From the NCBI GenBank assembly GCA_964356795.1, contig CAYHIK010000001.1, forward strand, positions 3,111 through 67,110: DNA of 64,000 nt, in the 5' to 3' direction. The translations under genes were made by a program, and so were the position numbers. The notes below the pieces were generated by a model, which saw only the letters and a program-made list of their open reading frames with translations, ran no database searches and was not told the DNA's origin. Of the stretch, positions 1 to 10,253 are shown piece after piece. Numbering within the stretch: the stretch's first letter is position 1; every line of letters begins with the position of its first letter. Source of the stretch: an uncultured Candidatus Saccharibacteria bacterium. GTDB lineage: Bacteria > Patescibacteriota > Minisyncoccia > 2-02-FULL-40-12 > GWA2-44-9.

Positions 1-736
1 GCGAACGCTCGAGTCGCATGTGAATCCACGCGAGCCACCAGAGCGCCTGCTCCCGCGCATTGTCGCTTCCAGCTACTTCTTTTGCGAGGAGCAACCGTTC
101 AGTGATTCCACCCGACAATGTTTTTGAAAATGCATCAATACTCGCCGCAATCTGATTGCGAACCTCAGTATTCGACATCTGAACAACCACACCAGGTCTT
201 CCATCGGAAATAGCGCGTACAAGCGCAGCGTCGGCAGGAGTGAGGGGTGTGCGACTAATGATGACGTCGAGCTCATCGGGGGCGAGTCCGTGGAATGCAA
301 TATGCATGCATCGACTCGCGATTGTGGGGAGTACCTGCGAGGGTAGCGCTGTGATAAAAAAGAACACCACAAATGCGGGTGGCTCCTCGAGCACCTTGAG
401 AATCGTGTTCGCGGCATCCGCGCTCATGAGTTCAGCGTGGTCGATGACGACAACCTTATGCGCTCCATAGAGCGGTCGCTGATACGCCCACTCTCGAACC
501 CTTCGAACATCCTCCACCGCGATAGCGGTTATTTTTTGACTCTCGTCGCTTATACCAGGCTCGAGAACGCGAATATCGGGTACACCCGCAATTGCATGCG
601 CACACTCAAGTGCAAGGAGCTTCTTTCCAATCCCATCGGGACCGTGAAGTGCGTAGGCGTGCGCAAATGCATTGTCACGAATACAACGCTCAAACTCAGC
701 CTTTTGTTCAGTGTGGCCAATGATGTTCCACTGCAT
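1..736 (-). CDS. holB: DNA polymerase III delta' subunit (HolB), 3' end runs off window start
   Basis: Hand translation of the minus strand starting at ATG 736-734. It reads MQWNIIGHTEQKAEFERCIRDNAFAHAYALHGPDGIGKKLL...KVLEEPPAFVVFFFITALPSQVLPTIASRC, the classic delta' AAA+ box plus the LPTIxSRC motif. The ORF track missed this frame, which has no stop before position 1. Confidence 0.7.
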   Translation of the reverse strand, partial: MQWNIIGHTEQKAEFERCIRDNAFAHAYALHGPDGIGKKLLALECAHAIAGVPDIRVLEPGISDESQKITAIAVEDVRRVREWAYQRPLYGAHKVVVIDHAELMSADAANTILKVLEEPPAFVVFFFITALPSQVLPTIASRCMHIAFHGLAPDELDVIISRTPLTPADAALVRAISDGRPGVVVQMSNTEVRNQIAASIDAFSKTLSGGITERLLLAKEVAGSDNAREQALWWLAWIHMRLERS

Positions 737-754
737 GCCAGGACTATAGCACAC

Positions 755-1891
755 CTACCCCGCAAGTATCACCTGGGCAATAGTGTCTGCGGCATCGCTC
801 TTTGCAAATGCACGAATCTTTGTGGAGAGTTCAGCGTATGCCGTTGGCTCAACAATGCGCTCAAGTTGCGAGAGCAACACCTGGACGCTCATATTTGCAC
901 CATCCATCACCACCGCACCGAATCTGCTCATCTCCGCCGCATTCATAACCTGGTGGTCATTTGCGGAACCCGGGAGAGGTACCACAATCATGGGCTTCCC
1001 AGCGTATGCGAGCTCGGTGAGCACTCCTGCAGATGCTCGCGTAACAGCGACGTCGATAGCACCATAGACAGTAGCAAGTTGCGACTGATCGAGGAATGGG
1101 TAGACGCGATACGAGGATGCGATGAGTGGCGCATACGAATCTTTCCCCTCCACCATATATTGCTCAATTGATTTCTTTACAGTTTCGTAGTTTTTCTCGC
1201 CGGTCTGATGGATAACTTGGTATCCCTTTTGAAGAATTTGAACGAGACCGTTGAGCACTACGTCATTGAGCTGTTGCGCACCCAGTGAACCGCCGATAAC
1301 CAGAAGCGTCTTACGCGCGGGATTGAGCTTGAGAGCCTCGTGCGCCGCGCCACGCTCAACGCAACAGAGTTCGGGTCGAAATGGATTACCCGTCAGCATT
1401 GTGGTGCGCCCCGCGCGCTTAAAGAATTCATCCGCAGTCGCAAATGACGTGAAGATGAGTTTACTTCGCTTCGCGAGGATGCGATTGGCGAGCCCAGGCA
1501 CCGAGTCTGACTCGTGCAAAAAGACGGGAATCATATAAAACCTCGCGGCGAGCGTGGGGAACGCGCACGTGTACCCTCCCTTCGCAAATACTGCGTCGGG
1601 CATAAAGAAGAATACTTTTGCGAGTGACTGAACAAGTGCGAGTGGAATTTTGAATATATCAGTGATATTTCCTGCACTTGCGTATCTCCGCAACTTTGGA
1701 GCGATGATGGTGGAATACGGGATACCGTTTTCTTTTGCGGCACGTTCAAAAATCGGACCATCCCCCATCATGCGCAATTGGAGAGCGATCCCGCTCTTCT
1801 GCGCGGCAACTTGAAGTGCGTGCGCAACCGCAATGAGCGGGTACACATGCCCGCCACTCCCGCCACCAACGAGTAAGACTCGAAAAGCCAT
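755..1891 (-). CDS. murG: UDP-GlcNAc:undecaprenyl-PP-MurNAc-pentapeptide GlcNAc transferase MurG
   Basis: N-terminus MAFRVLLVGGGSGGHVYPLIAVA (the GGSGGH motif) and a GT28 C-terminal domain; 378 aa. Confidence 0.85.
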   Translation of the reverse strand: MAFRVLLVGGGSGGHVYPLIAVAHALQVAAQKSGIALQLRMMGDGPIFERAAKENGIPYSTIIAPKLRRYASAGNITDIFKIPLALVQSLAKVFFFMPDAVFAKGGYTCAFPTLAARFYMIPVFLHESDSVPGLANRILAKRSKLIFTSFATADEFFKRAGRTTMLTGNPFRPELCCVERGAAHEALKLNPARKTLLVIGGSLGAQQLNDVVLNGLVQILQKGYQVIHQTGEKNYETVKKSIEQYMVEGKDSYAPLIASSYRVYPFLDQSQLATVYGAIDVAVTRASAGVLTELAYAGKPMIVVPLPGSANDHQVMNAAEMSRFGAVVMDGANMSVQVLLSQLERIVEPTAYAELSTKIRAFAKSDAADTIAQVILAG

Positions 1892-1894
1892 GCC

Positions 1895-2200
1895 TCAAGT
1901 ATACACCACCACACCCTCTTTGAGCAGATGCTCCTTCTTTGCGCGTATGCCCAGCGCGAATCCTCCTAACGTTCCATCGGAGCGAATCACTCGATGACAC
2001 GGCACGTCAGGAGCAAATGGATTCACGTGAAGTGCGCGACCTACGGCACGGGCGGCCTTCGGATTCCCTACGCGACGCGCGACCTCTGCGTACGTCATCA
2101 CATGTCCACGCGGAATACAGGCAACGACGCGATACACGGATTGCGCAAATAAGCTCAAGCCTGGATGTTGTCGTATGCGCTGGTCAATGCTCGGCTTCAT
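1895..2200 (-). CDS. methylated-DNA-protein-cysteine methyltransferase family protein (DNA-binding/active-site domain only)
   Basis: A PCHRV active-site motif (VPCHRVIRSDGTLGGF) sits within a ~100 aa MGMT C-terminal domain. There is no N-terminal domain. Confidence 0.65.
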   Translation of the reverse strand: MKPSIDQRIRQHPGLSLFAQSVYRVVACIPRGHVMTYAEVARRVGNPKAARAVGRALHVNPFAPDVPCHRVIRSDGTLGGFALGIRAKKEHLLKEGVVVYT

Positions 2201-2224
2201 ACGCGGAGCATAGCACGTACAGCG

Positions 2225-2884
2225 CTAGACCGTCGACTGACGATCAGGAAGGGGTTTCACCTGTTGGCGCCCCACGAATCCACGGAGATCGGAATAAATA
2301 CGAATTTGCATAATAGCGCCAAGCACTGCAAAGACACCGCCAATAAGAAACGCGGCTCGAAATCCATAATTCGTTACAATAATTCCTGATAATGCGGCCG
2401 CACCAGCACCGCTAATGCCGATCGCAACCGATTCAAGTGACCACTCGATATTTTCTTTCATCTTATCGATATGGCGCGTAAAGATTGCATACCACGGAGG
2501 GACCGCGAGCGCAGCTCCTACTCCAAACCATGCCTGTATCGCGTAGATGTGCCATGAGGTCGTAGCAAAAAGATATAGAAAAGGAGTCGATGCGATAACG
2601 ATACTGCCTGATACCATGCTATAAAAATCGTCGTACTCGCCGTGATTCTTGTCGAGCCAACGAGCGACGGGAATCTGGAGCGACGCCTTCACGAGTTGCG
2701 CGATAGCAACAGCAAACCCGACAACCTCGATGGTGCCGTCGGTAATTTGATTTGTTACGAATACTGCAAATACGGGCGCAAACACAGAAAGCCCAGAATT
2801 AATTAAAAAGTCGCTCGTAATGAGGACACGAATTGCATGACTGATACGCATGTTATCAGTATACCAAAAAGAGCCGCCCTGCAC
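2225..2884 (-). CDS. 6-TM MFS-like membrane protein (half-size, possibly truncated or split transporter)
   Basis: A hydrophobic 219 aa protein with about six predicted TM segments. Its sequence looks like the C-terminal half of an MFS transporter, and no N-terminal half is encoded upstream. Confidence 0.35.
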   Translation of the reverse strand: MQGGSFWYTDNMRISHAIRVLITSDFLINSGLSVFAPVFAVFVTNQITDGTIEVVGFAVAIAQLVKASLQIPVARWLDKNHGEYDDFYSMVSGSIVIASTPFLYLFATTSWHIYAIQAWFGVGAALAVPPWYAIFTRHIDKMKENIEWSLESVAIGISGAGAAALSGIIVTNYGFRAAFLIGGVFAVLGAIMQIRIYSDLRGFVGRQQVKPLPDRQSTV

Positions 2885-2913
2885 GGCTCTTCCTGTGTAT
2901 GAACTAAGAATAT

Positions 2914-4119
2914 CTACCGATGCAATATATGTGGCATCCCCCAGCCCGTTGCAGAGTCATCACCTTTTAGGTTGATGTCGGCCGCCATTTCACGAAGCAA
3001 GAACCGCGTGGCCTCGGCGGAATTCTTTGCATCGCTCTGCCAGACAAGCGCAGCAAGACCCGCTACATGCGGGGCCGCCATCGATGAGCCAGACAAGATG
3101 GCGTAGCCACCGCCACGATATGTTGATTCAATATTGATGCCAGGCGCAGCAAACTCAACATCTCCTTCATTACGCTGATAGGCACGCGTTGAATCGTTTA
3201 ATCCGCGCGAAGAAAATTCGGCAGGGGCTTGCGCGTTATCAAGAGCACCGACCGACACGACACGCTCGCTTCGCGCAGGCCAATCCAAGCTGTCGTCATA
3301 TGGGCCGTCGTTTCCGGCGGCGGCGATGACGAGCACATCGTGCTCCATCGCGTACACCAACGCGTCATCAATGAACGAGCTCTCCGATTCACCACCAAAT
3401 CCGAGCACGATAATCTGTGCACCATCATCAACTGCGCGCATCATTGCGGCGCCGATGTCGTCGGAGTAGCAGAGGCCATCGCCGTCGCATACGCGATATG
3501 CGGAAATACTTGCCGATGGAGCAAATCCGTAAATACCTTCGCCAAACACTCCGCCGTCAGCTGCGATAATGCCTGCCATGTGCGTACCGTGACCATTTGC
3601 GTCATCGCAAGAATCTTCAACGATGGGCTTTGCACCGTCAGAGAATGAGACGCATCCTACGATTCGGCGGGCCAAGTCGGGATGCTCCCGATCAACGCCG
3701 GTATCCAGCACTGCAACCGTCACACCAGAGCCTCCCGCTGTTTCCTTTGCCTGCGGGTCGTCGAGCATCTCACGAATCCCCCATGACACGAGCTGTGAGG
3801 GTATTGCCTGGGGCGTTGGAGAACTTAATGCGATTGTCTCGGCTAGTATGTTGAACTTTTTCACAGGAATTGGTCGGAGCCCTGCAAGCCGAACAAGTTT
3901 GAGCTGTAAATCGCTCAGCGTTGCGGTAAATCCGTCCTCGAACACATGGCGAGCACCAATAGCGTTCTTCCAGAAAGAACGTGTTGTGGGTATGAAATAG
4001 CGACCGTCAGCATTGACGGAAGCAGCATGAGTCGATGGGGAGCTGGCTAAAACAAACGAAAAAACAAGGAAAATAGCCGCGAATATTGGTTTCATAATTG
4101 CATGGCAAGTATAGCACAT
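2914..4119 (-). CDS. secreted subtilisin-like serine peptidase (S8 family)
   Basis: N-terminal signal peptide. It carries the S8 catalytic triad motifs DTGVD, GHGTHMAGIIAA and GSSMAAPHVAG. Confidence 0.85.
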   Translation of the reverse strand: MCYTCHAIMKPIFAAIFLVFSFVLASSPSTHAASVNADGRYFIPTTRSFWKNAIGARHVFEDGFTATLSDLQLKLVRLAGLRPIPVKKFNILAETIALSSPTPQAIPSQLVSWGIREMLDDPQAKETAGGSGVTVAVLDTGVDREHPDLARRIVGCVSFSDGAKPIVEDSCDDANGHGTHMAGIIAADGGVFGEGIYGFAPSASISAYRVCDGDGLCYSDDIGAAMMRAVDDGAQIIVLGFGGESESSFIDDALVYAMEHDVLVIAAAGNDGPYDDSLDWPARSERVVSVGALDNAQAPAEFSSRGLNDSTRAYQRNEGDVEFAAPGINIESTYRGGGYAILSGSSMAAPHVAGLAALVWQSDAKNSAEATRFLLREMAADINLKGDDSATGWGMPHILHR

Positions 4120-4140
4120 TCAACCCTTGGAAACAATCAA

Positions 4141-4788
4141 TTATTCGCCCGAAATTGCGCCATCTGACACGAGCATTTTCGGCTGAATATTCAGCGTTTT
4201 TAATACCGCAAAGTCGCGTATGAGCGTCTCCTTTGTGGATGCGTTATACACAGCCACGGCGGGGTGGTACAGCGGCACGATTGTAATTGGCCCGTAGGAG
4301 GCTTTCGTCGCAATGACCGTTCCGTGAAGAGCGCTAATTGGGGCGAGTTTATCCTTGCACCCAAAATGCTCCATGAGATATGCAGCAGCATATCTCCCAA
4401 GCGGAATAAGTACCTCGGGTTGAATTAATTGAATCTGTCGATCAAGAAAGGGGCCGTATGATGCAATCTCTTCTGGAAATGGATCGCGATTCGACGGTGG
4501 TCGGTCTTTTACGATATTCGTGATATAGACCGAAGAGCGATCGATATCGATTGACGCAAAGAGTTGGTCTAAAATCTTTCCCGTCGCACCGACGAATGGG
4601 CGACCCGTTGCCGCCTCGTTCCGACCAGGAGCCTCTCCGATAAACATCGCCCGCGCACCATGATGCCCTTCGCCGATGACAGGGTGCGCGCCATTCTTGA
4701 TGCGGTCTTCGTAGAGAGGCGACGTTGTGAGCGCAAGCACTTCATCGCGAATCGCGCGAAGCTGCTCAGTGATGGGAGATGTTTGCAT
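4141..4788 (-). CDS. uracil-DNA glycosylase, family 4
   Basis: GEAPGRNEAATGRPFVGATG motif and a C-terminal HPA motif. The start is likely the internal ATG at 4788 (MQTSPITEQ...). The longer track ORF to 4911 overlaps the upstream gene. Confidence 0.7.
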   Translation of the reverse strand: MQTSPITEQLRAIRDEVLALTTSPLYEDRIKNGAHPVIGEGHHGARAMFIGEAPGRNEAATGRPFVGATGKILDQLFASIDIDRSSVYITNIVKDRPPSNRDPFPEEIASYGPFLDRQIQLIQPEVLIPLGRYAAAYLMEHFGCKDKLAPISALHGTVIATKASYGPITIVPLYHPAVAVYNASTKETLIRDFAVLKTLNIQPKMLVSDGAISGE

Positions 4789-6142
4789 GACGCTTATTGT
4801 ACGGAACCGATGCACGTCCTGCAATGCCAGCGATGAGCGCCCACACTCCCCACCACAATAATCTGCCCTGCTGGAGCGTCCACGTGAAATGATCAAAGAG
4901 CACGATGGCACTCATCGAAAGCGCGAGCATGATAAGCGCAAAACGAACGAGTGGCTCACCCCGCTTCCGCATACGCTCCCGAATGCAGTACGCCATCCAC
5001 GCGATGAATGCAACAACACCGATAATACCTATTTCCGAATACATCAGGAGATACACGTTGTGCGCGGGCTGATACATATACCTGGGCAGGCCTGGATTGT
5101 AGTGGAAGAGCCACATTGGGAAATTACCAATACCGACGCCGAACCAATTAATATTCAACAGCGCCCGCGACCCGCTCGCGAGGGCGTCGATATTATATTG
5201 CACCCGATATCGCACCGCCTCATCAGATGATGAAATAGAAATGCGCGCGACAATGAGCGAAGAGAGCGCGAGACAGATGATTGCGCTCGAAATCGTGAGC
5301 GCAGCAAAGAGCCGTAAAAATCGCGCGCGAATTGTACGCCACCACGAGGCGCCCCGATACGCCTGATATGCGACGTATCCGAGCGTCACCATCAAAGCCG
5401 TCACATGCATTGCAATGATGGTACGGGAAAAAGTAACTACCAGACCCAGCGTAATAATTCCCATCGTGGCAGAATAAATTCCCATCGTGAGGGGCGATTC
5501 GTCGTCGTGCCTCATCCAGAACCACGACCACACCCACAGCGCCACCATCAATACGGCTGCGAGAATATTGGGATGTGGCAGGGTACCGTATGCGCGCAAC
5601 ACCTTCACCTTCGATAAATCATAAAACACTGCGACTCCCCTCATATCTGGGTTCAGGAGCGTCTCTCCAAGCCATCGGAGACCAACGTCGTGCTGGAGAA
5701 CAAACTGAGCAATACCGAGAGACGCTTGCACGAGCGCGCCCACCACAAACGCGAGCGCTGAAGCATCAGCTCGAAATACATACCAGGCATAGTGGCGAAG
5801 ATAGAGGTACAACAGCACACCCTCGATAAGCCGAGCGATAGAGTAGAGCGCAATAGGAAGTTCTTGAGCGTATATCAATGAACCAAGGGACATAGCCAGC
5901 ACGACTCCGAGGCTCCAATCCCACGCATCGAGGCGCCCCACGAACCACGCGCGCAGTCGTATACATGCAATCGTGAACAGGGCGAGCAGTAATACATCAG
6001 ACACATACAGCGCCATGGAGTTCCATTCACTAAATTGCAGGTCGTGCGTCCAGAATATCCAACGCGTTTGCCACGTACACAAACCTAAAAAAACATACCA
6101 CACGCCCTGCTCGAGAGACGGTAGCCACGATGAAGTCTTCAT
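4766..6142 (-). CDS. O-antigen ligase family (Wzy_C) polytopic membrane protein
   Basis: Multi-TM protein with Wzy_C-like FSRT...AHNVYLLMYSEIGIIG motifs. The start is probably ATG 6142 (MKTSSW), giving an ATGA overlap with the upstream permease stop. Confidence 0.55.
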   Translation of the reverse strand: MKTSSWLPSLEQGVWYVFLGLCTWQTRWIFWTHDLQFSEWNSMALYVSDVLLLALFTIACIRLRAWFVGRLDAWDWSLGVVLAMSLGSLIYAQELPIALYSIARLIEGVLLYLYLRHYAWYVFRADASALAFVVGALVQASLGIAQFVLQHDVGLRWLGETLLNPDMRGVAVFYDLSKVKVLRAYGTLPHPNILAAVLMVALWVWSWFWMRHDDESPLTMGIYSATMGIITLGLVVTFSRTIIAMHVTALMVTLGYVAYQAYRGASWWRTIRARFLRLFAALTISSAIICLALSSLIVARISISSSDEAVRYRVQYNIDALASGSRALLNINWFGVGIGNFPMWLFHYNPGLPRYMYQPAHNVYLLMYSEIGIIGVVAFIAWMAYCIRERMRKRGEPLVRFALIMLALSMSAIVLFDHFTWTLQQGRLLWWGVWALIAGIAGRASVPYNKRHANISHH

Positions 6143-7284
6143 CGCAACATGAGTTCGAACACAACCCCCGCAAGGAATATCAACGCGAGGCACCAGACGA
6201 GAAGTGACGGGATTGGAATATTAAACTCTGGTGTCCGCAAACGATTCTTGCGCGAGCGAACATACGCAATCAACACCAGCACCGACTGAAACCCGATAGC
6301 AACCGCGCCCACCAATCCAATGACATCGATAAAATTCCGAAGACCGCTCACGAACATGAGCAATGGCGGTACGAGGGTTAACATCCACGCGTGAATCGGT
6401 CGAATACGGTAATCGCGATGAAATGTTTCAAAGAGTGCAGTACCTAATAATATGTAGGACGTTGTCATGGTCAGCAGTCCAAGACATGAGCCGAGGATGA
6501 TAACCGGCATCCCAAATGTCCCAAAAAGTCCTGCGAATGATTCGGGCGATGTGATGTCGCCACTAATACCCACAATCGTAAATGCGAAGATAAGGTACAA
6601 CACTGCAACAATCGAAACTGCCGTGATAATCGCGGGTCGCATTAAACGCTCACGACCAGAAAGCAACTCGCGCTGCAATGGAATAGCCGACATGCCTGCA
6701 AATGCAAACAGGAGCACGCCATACGGAAGATGCCAATACTCTGGCGTCCACGCAGTGATGTGATCCCACTGGATATGCGGGAATCCAATCCCGGCAATCA
6801 CTGCAATGATAGACGCATACAGTCCAACCAGCACAATCTCAAACACCGCCATCGTGCGAAGGCGTATAAACCACATCAGCGACAACATGGATGCGAAGCC
6901 GATGCTGTACCACTGGGGATTAACTGCGAGAAACTGGGAAAGCACGTTGTGGAGAAATTCTCCTGAGACAATCATGTATGCGAGGAGCGCCCCGTACATA
7001 CTGATAAGAAGCGCGCACGTCATGAGCGCGCGGCCAAGAGGACCAAGCCAAATATTGATATATCCCACGACCTGATGGGTACCGGGCGATGATAGCACCA
7101 GCTCTGCAAACACAAGATCGAATAAAATCACGATAAGGGCCAATCCGACGAGCCAGGCGGTACCAACCCAAAAACCGGCCTTTGCAAATGCGAATGGAAT
7201 TCCAAAGATTCCAACGCCAACCATCGTGCCCACGAGCACGGCAGTCGCATACACAAACTTTCCATCACGTAGGATGCCTCGCAT
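6139..7284 (-). CDS. amino acid permease (Trp/Tyr/Ser-type HAAAP/AAT family)
   Basis: N-terminus MRGILRDGKFVYATAVLVGTMVGVGIFGIPFAFAKAGF, and about 11 TM segments. The track ORF begins at TTG 7314; an ATG at 7284 is preferred. Confidence 0.5.
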   Translation of the reverse strand: MRGILRDGKFVYATAVLVGTMVGVGIFGIPFAFAKAGFWVGTAWLVGLALIVILFDLVFAELVLSSPGTHQVVGYINIWLGPLGRALMTCALLISMYGALLAYMIVSGEFLHNVLSQFLAVNPQWYSIGFASMLSLMWFIRLRTMAVFEIVLVGLYASIIAVIAGIGFPHIQWDHITAWTPEYWHLPYGVLLFAFAGMSAIPLQRELLSGRERLMRPAIITAVSIVAVLYLIFAFTIVGISGDITSPESFAGLFGTFGMPVIILGSCLGLLTMTTSYILLGTALFETFHRDYRIRPIHAWMLTLVPPLLMFVSGLRNFIDVIGLVGAVAIGFQSVLVLIAYVRSRKNRLRTPEFNIPIPSLLVWCLALIFLAGVVFELMLR

Positions 7285-7327
7285 TCTGCTATTGTACCCC
7301 GCGCATTCGTACAATACAAAAGAGTCG

Positions 7328-9685
7328 CTACTTCTTACGAGTTACTGAACTCTTCAGTGCGTGCTTTAGCACATCATCCATGGTAGACACGGGAATGAAG
7401 GTCAGTTTTTGCTTTGCCTCCTTTGGCATATCCACGAGATCCCGCACATTGTCGGCAGGAATAAGAATAGTAGAGATACCCGCACGTAATGCCGCAAGCG
7501 ACTTTTCCTTTAATCCTCCGATAATCGTAACCTTTCCACGAAGGGTAACCTCACCTGTCATAGCAACTTTGCGATGTACGGGAGTTTTCGTAAACAATGA
7601 AATAAGCGCGGTCGTGAGGGCGATGCCAGCTGAAGGACCATCCTTCTTAATCGCGCCCGAAGGCAAGTGAATATGGAGATCCTCCTTGCCCATATCCACC
7701 TCGATACCCTGCTTTGCCACGTATGCACGAGCATAGGAAAGCGCTGCTTGAGCTGACTCTCGCATTACATCGCCAAGTTGACCTGTGAGGATGAGTTTTC
7801 CCTTACCTGGCATGCGAGCGACTTCAATAGGAAGGAGCTCTCCTCCCACGGGTGTCCACGCGAGACCCATAGCCATACCGACTTGGTCTTTCGATTCAGC
7901 AGCATCGTGGACAACTTTTTCAGGTCCGAGCATCCGCTCAACATCACGCACAGTCATCTTCACCTTTGTGGTCGGCGTGTTCGTCTCCACGAGCTTACGT
8001 GTGACCTTACGAGCAAGCGTCCCAATGAGGCGCGCCAACTCGCGCACACCCGCTTCGCGTGTATACTCGCGAATCACCGCGAGCAACACCGAGTCAGCGA
8101 AACGAACTTGGCCCTTCTTGAATCCGTGGTCAGCGAGAGCGCGAGGGACGAGAAATCCTTTTGCGATGGAAAGTTTTTCAGATTCGGTATATCCAGGAAA
8201 ACCAATAATCTCTAAGCGATCGCGGAGTGCGGGCGGAATAGTCTCAAGTGAGTTTGCGGTTGCAACGAACAGTACATCGGAAAGATCCAGTGGCATCTCG
8301 AGGTAATGATCGGAGAACGCGTGGTTCTGCTGTGGGTCGAGCGCCTCAAGAAGTGCGGAGCTTGGATCGCCACGAAAATCCATACCAAGCTTATCGATTT
8401 CATCCAGCAAGAACACGGGGTTCTTCACCTTGGCCGTGTGAATACCCTGCACGATTCGTCCCGGCATTGCGCCGACGTACGTCCTTCGGTGTCCCCGAAT
8501 CTCTGCCTCGTCACGCATACCACCAAGCGATACACGCACAAACTTTCTGCCCAATGCACGAGCAATGCTTTGCCCAATACTCGTCTTCCCTGTTCCGGGA
8601 GGTCCATAAAAACAAAGGATGGGTCCCTTTAATTTGCCGACCTGTTTTTGAACAGCAAGGTACTCGAGAATGCGGTCCTTTACCTTTTCCAATCCTGCAT
8701 GATCTTCGTCTAGGATTTTCTTGGCGCGCTTGAGTTCGATGACATCTTTCGTTGACGTCGTCCAGGGCAATTCAACAAGCCAGTCGAGATAGGTGCGTAC
8801 ATAGGAAACCTCTGGGCTCATTGGTGGCATCTTGGTGAGCCGATTGAATTCTTTCATCGCCTTTGCGTGCACCGATTCGGGCATCTTCGCATCATCAATT
8901 TTCTGCTTGAGCACATCGAACTCCTCGCGCTCATCATCAACACCGAGCTCCTTTTCGATGCTCTTGAGTTGCTCGCGGAGGAAGAACTCTTTTTGCATGC
9001 GTCCAATTTTCTTTTTGGTTTCTCGGGCAAGATCTTTTTCCGCTTCGAGCACTTCCATTTCACGAGAAAGGTGCACGTTGAGTTGACGCAATGCGTCACC
9101 ATGATCGCGCATCTCCAAGATATCCTGCTGTTGGCGGACGTCGAGATTTAAATTTGCCGCCACCAAGCCAATCACCTGCTCGGTGTCGCGGAGCTGTGTC
9201 ATAAGATATACCACCTCCGGCAAAATCGCGGGGAATGAACGTACATCGGCAATGTGTTTGAATTGTTCTAAGACACGACGAAGAAGCGCCGCATTCTCCG
9301 CGCTATCCATACGATCATTTGCAATAATCGCCTCCGCCTGTACCTGGATGTAGGGCACAAATCCGAGGTATTTTGTAATGCGGGCGCGACTCACGCCTTC
9401 GACATCAACCTTGGCACCACCGTCAGGTAAGCGAAATACTGAGATGATCTTGCCCACGGTGCCGACTGAAAAGAGGTCATCTTCACCAATTTCATCCTCT
9501 ATGTTCTTTTGCGTCACAAAAAGCACCATGCGGTCGCCCGCAAGGGCTGCCTCCATAGCGGCAATCGATTTTGATCGTTGCACAATCAATGGAATCACCA
9601 CTTTTGAGAACAACACCGTGTTCTTAAGGGCGATAAGGGGAAGCTGTTCGGATGAGGAATGTTGTGTTGGTTGTGGTTCGTTCAT
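7328..9685 (-). CDS. lon: ATP-dependent Lon protease
   Basis: Lon N-terminal domain, an AAA+ Walker A (GPPGTGKTS) and Walker B (DEIDKLG). The S16 domain carries the catalytic Ser in PKDGPSAGIAL. 785 aa. Confidence 0.9.
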   Translation of the reverse strand: MNEPQPTQHSSSEQLPLIALKNTVLFSKVVIPLIVQRSKSIAAMEAALAGDRMVLFVTQKNIEDEIGEDDLFSVGTVGKIISVFRLPDGGAKVDVEGVSRARITKYLGFVPYIQVQAEAIIANDRMDSAENAALLRRVLEQFKHIADVRSFPAILPEVVYLMTQLRDTEQVIGLVAANLNLDVRQQQDILEMRDHGDALRQLNVHLSREMEVLEAEKDLARETKKKIGRMQKEFFLREQLKSIEKELGVDDEREEFDVLKQKIDDAKMPESVHAKAMKEFNRLTKMPPMSPEVSYVRTYLDWLVELPWTTSTKDVIELKRAKKILDEDHAGLEKVKDRILEYLAVQKQVGKLKGPILCFYGPPGTGKTSIGQSIARALGRKFVRVSLGGMRDEAEIRGHRRTYVGAMPGRIVQGIHTAKVKNPVFLLDEIDKLGMDFRGDPSSALLEALDPQQNHAFSDHYLEMPLDLSDVLFVATANSLETIPPALRDRLEIIGFPGYTESEKLSIAKGFLVPRALADHGFKKGQVRFADSVLLAVIREYTREAGVRELARLIGTLARKVTRKLVETNTPTTKVKMTVRDVERMLGPEKVVHDAAESKDQVGMAMGLAWTPVGGELLPIEVARMPGKGKLILTGQLGDVMRESAQAALSYARAYVAKQGIEVDMGKEDLHIHLPSGAIKKDGPSAGIALTTALISLFTKTPVHRKVAMTGEVTLRGKVTIIGGLKEKSLAALRAGISTILIPADNVRDLVDMPKEAKQKLTFIPVSTMDDVLKHALKSSVTRKK

Positions 9686-9711
9686 ACAAATAAGGTGACG
9701 TTCTAGCGTGT

Positions 9712-9740
9712 CACTATACCATATTTCTCATATTTTGCAA
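9712..9740 (-). promoter_or_regulatory. sigma70-like promoter upstream of lon (TTGCAA-N17-TATAGT on minus strand)
   Basis: Reverse complement of 9712-9740 reads TTGCAA-17 nt-TATAGT, about 25 nt upstream of the lon ATG. Confidence 0.4.
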
Positions 9741-9751
9741 TGATTTCATCT

Positions 9752-9784
9752 AAAAAAGCCCTGTGCGTTATTCACGCACAGGGC
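9752..9784 (-). terminator. rho-independent terminator for the GC-rich gene 9807-10253
   Basis: Perfect 10-bp stem (gccctgtgcg / cgcacagggc) with a 7-nt loop, followed on the minus strand by a U6 run. Confidence 0.65.
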
Positions 9785-9806
9785 ACCAGAGATGGAGTCG
9801 AGGAAC

Positions 9807-10253
9807 CTAACTTGCACGCGCCAGGGCGGGGTCGTTGGGACCGAAGTCGTAGCCCAGCCAGCCGTAGTTCGCGCGCCACCTGCCGCCGCTCCAGTACAGA
9901 CACCGGACGCACGGGTCGCCATCGGAATCGCGGTAGATGGTGCCCCAGAAGAACACCGCCTTGCCCTTCCAGTCATCGGGGACGAGCTTGGGATGAGCCA
10001 GCAGGTAGTCTAGAGCGTTAGCGGGGAGGATGGGCTGGGACTTGAGCTCACGACGGAGGTTGTTGCCCACGACGAGCCTACTGCCCCGCTGCTTCTTGGA
10101 CAGGCGGAGCTTCACCCTGGTGGGGTCCCAGGTGAAGATGCCCTTCACTCGATTGGGGAGCTGGTCCTCTTCGTGATAGCTCCAGCCGTTGGGAATGAAG
10201 GGAAGGGCGTCGCAGTCAATGGCGTACCCACCATCGAACATCAAATCGCTCAT
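9807..10253 (-). CDS. hypothetical protein, compositionally atypical (high GC, Trp-rich C-terminus)
   Basis: ATG at 10253 (MSDLMFDGGYAIDCDALPF...) with an AAGGAG SD 7 nt upstream. The gene is clearly more GC-rich than the flanking genes, with GC-ending codons, and has its own terminator. No recognisable family. Confidence 0.5.
   Translation of the reverse strand: MSDLMFDGGYAIDCDALPFIPNGWSYHEEDQLPNRVKGIFTWDPTRVKLRLSKKQRGSRLVVGNNLRRELKSQPILPANALDYLLAHPKLVPDDWKGKAVFFWGTIYRDSDGDPCVRCLYWSGGRWRANYGWLGYDFGPNDPALARAS

Noticed and set aside
73-417. 114-aa minus-strand ORF from the track at the window start
   Set aside because: It is in the wrong frame. The adjacent minus frame encodes a clear HolB (LEEPPAF...LPTIASRC) spanning 1-736, and the track ORF is its out-of-frame shadow.
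4789-4911. N-terminal 41-aa extension of the UDG ORF
   Set aside because: The extension overlaps the 3' end of the Wzy_C ligase gene by about 145 nt. An internal ATG at 4788 gives a normal-length (216 aa) family-4 UDG.
7785-8306. 173-aa plus-strand ORF and other long antisense ORFs inside lon, secA and the 12.1-12.5 kb membrane gene
   Set aside because: They lie entirely within well-supported minus-strand genes and have Arg/Ser/Pro-rich low-complexity translations typical of antisense frames.
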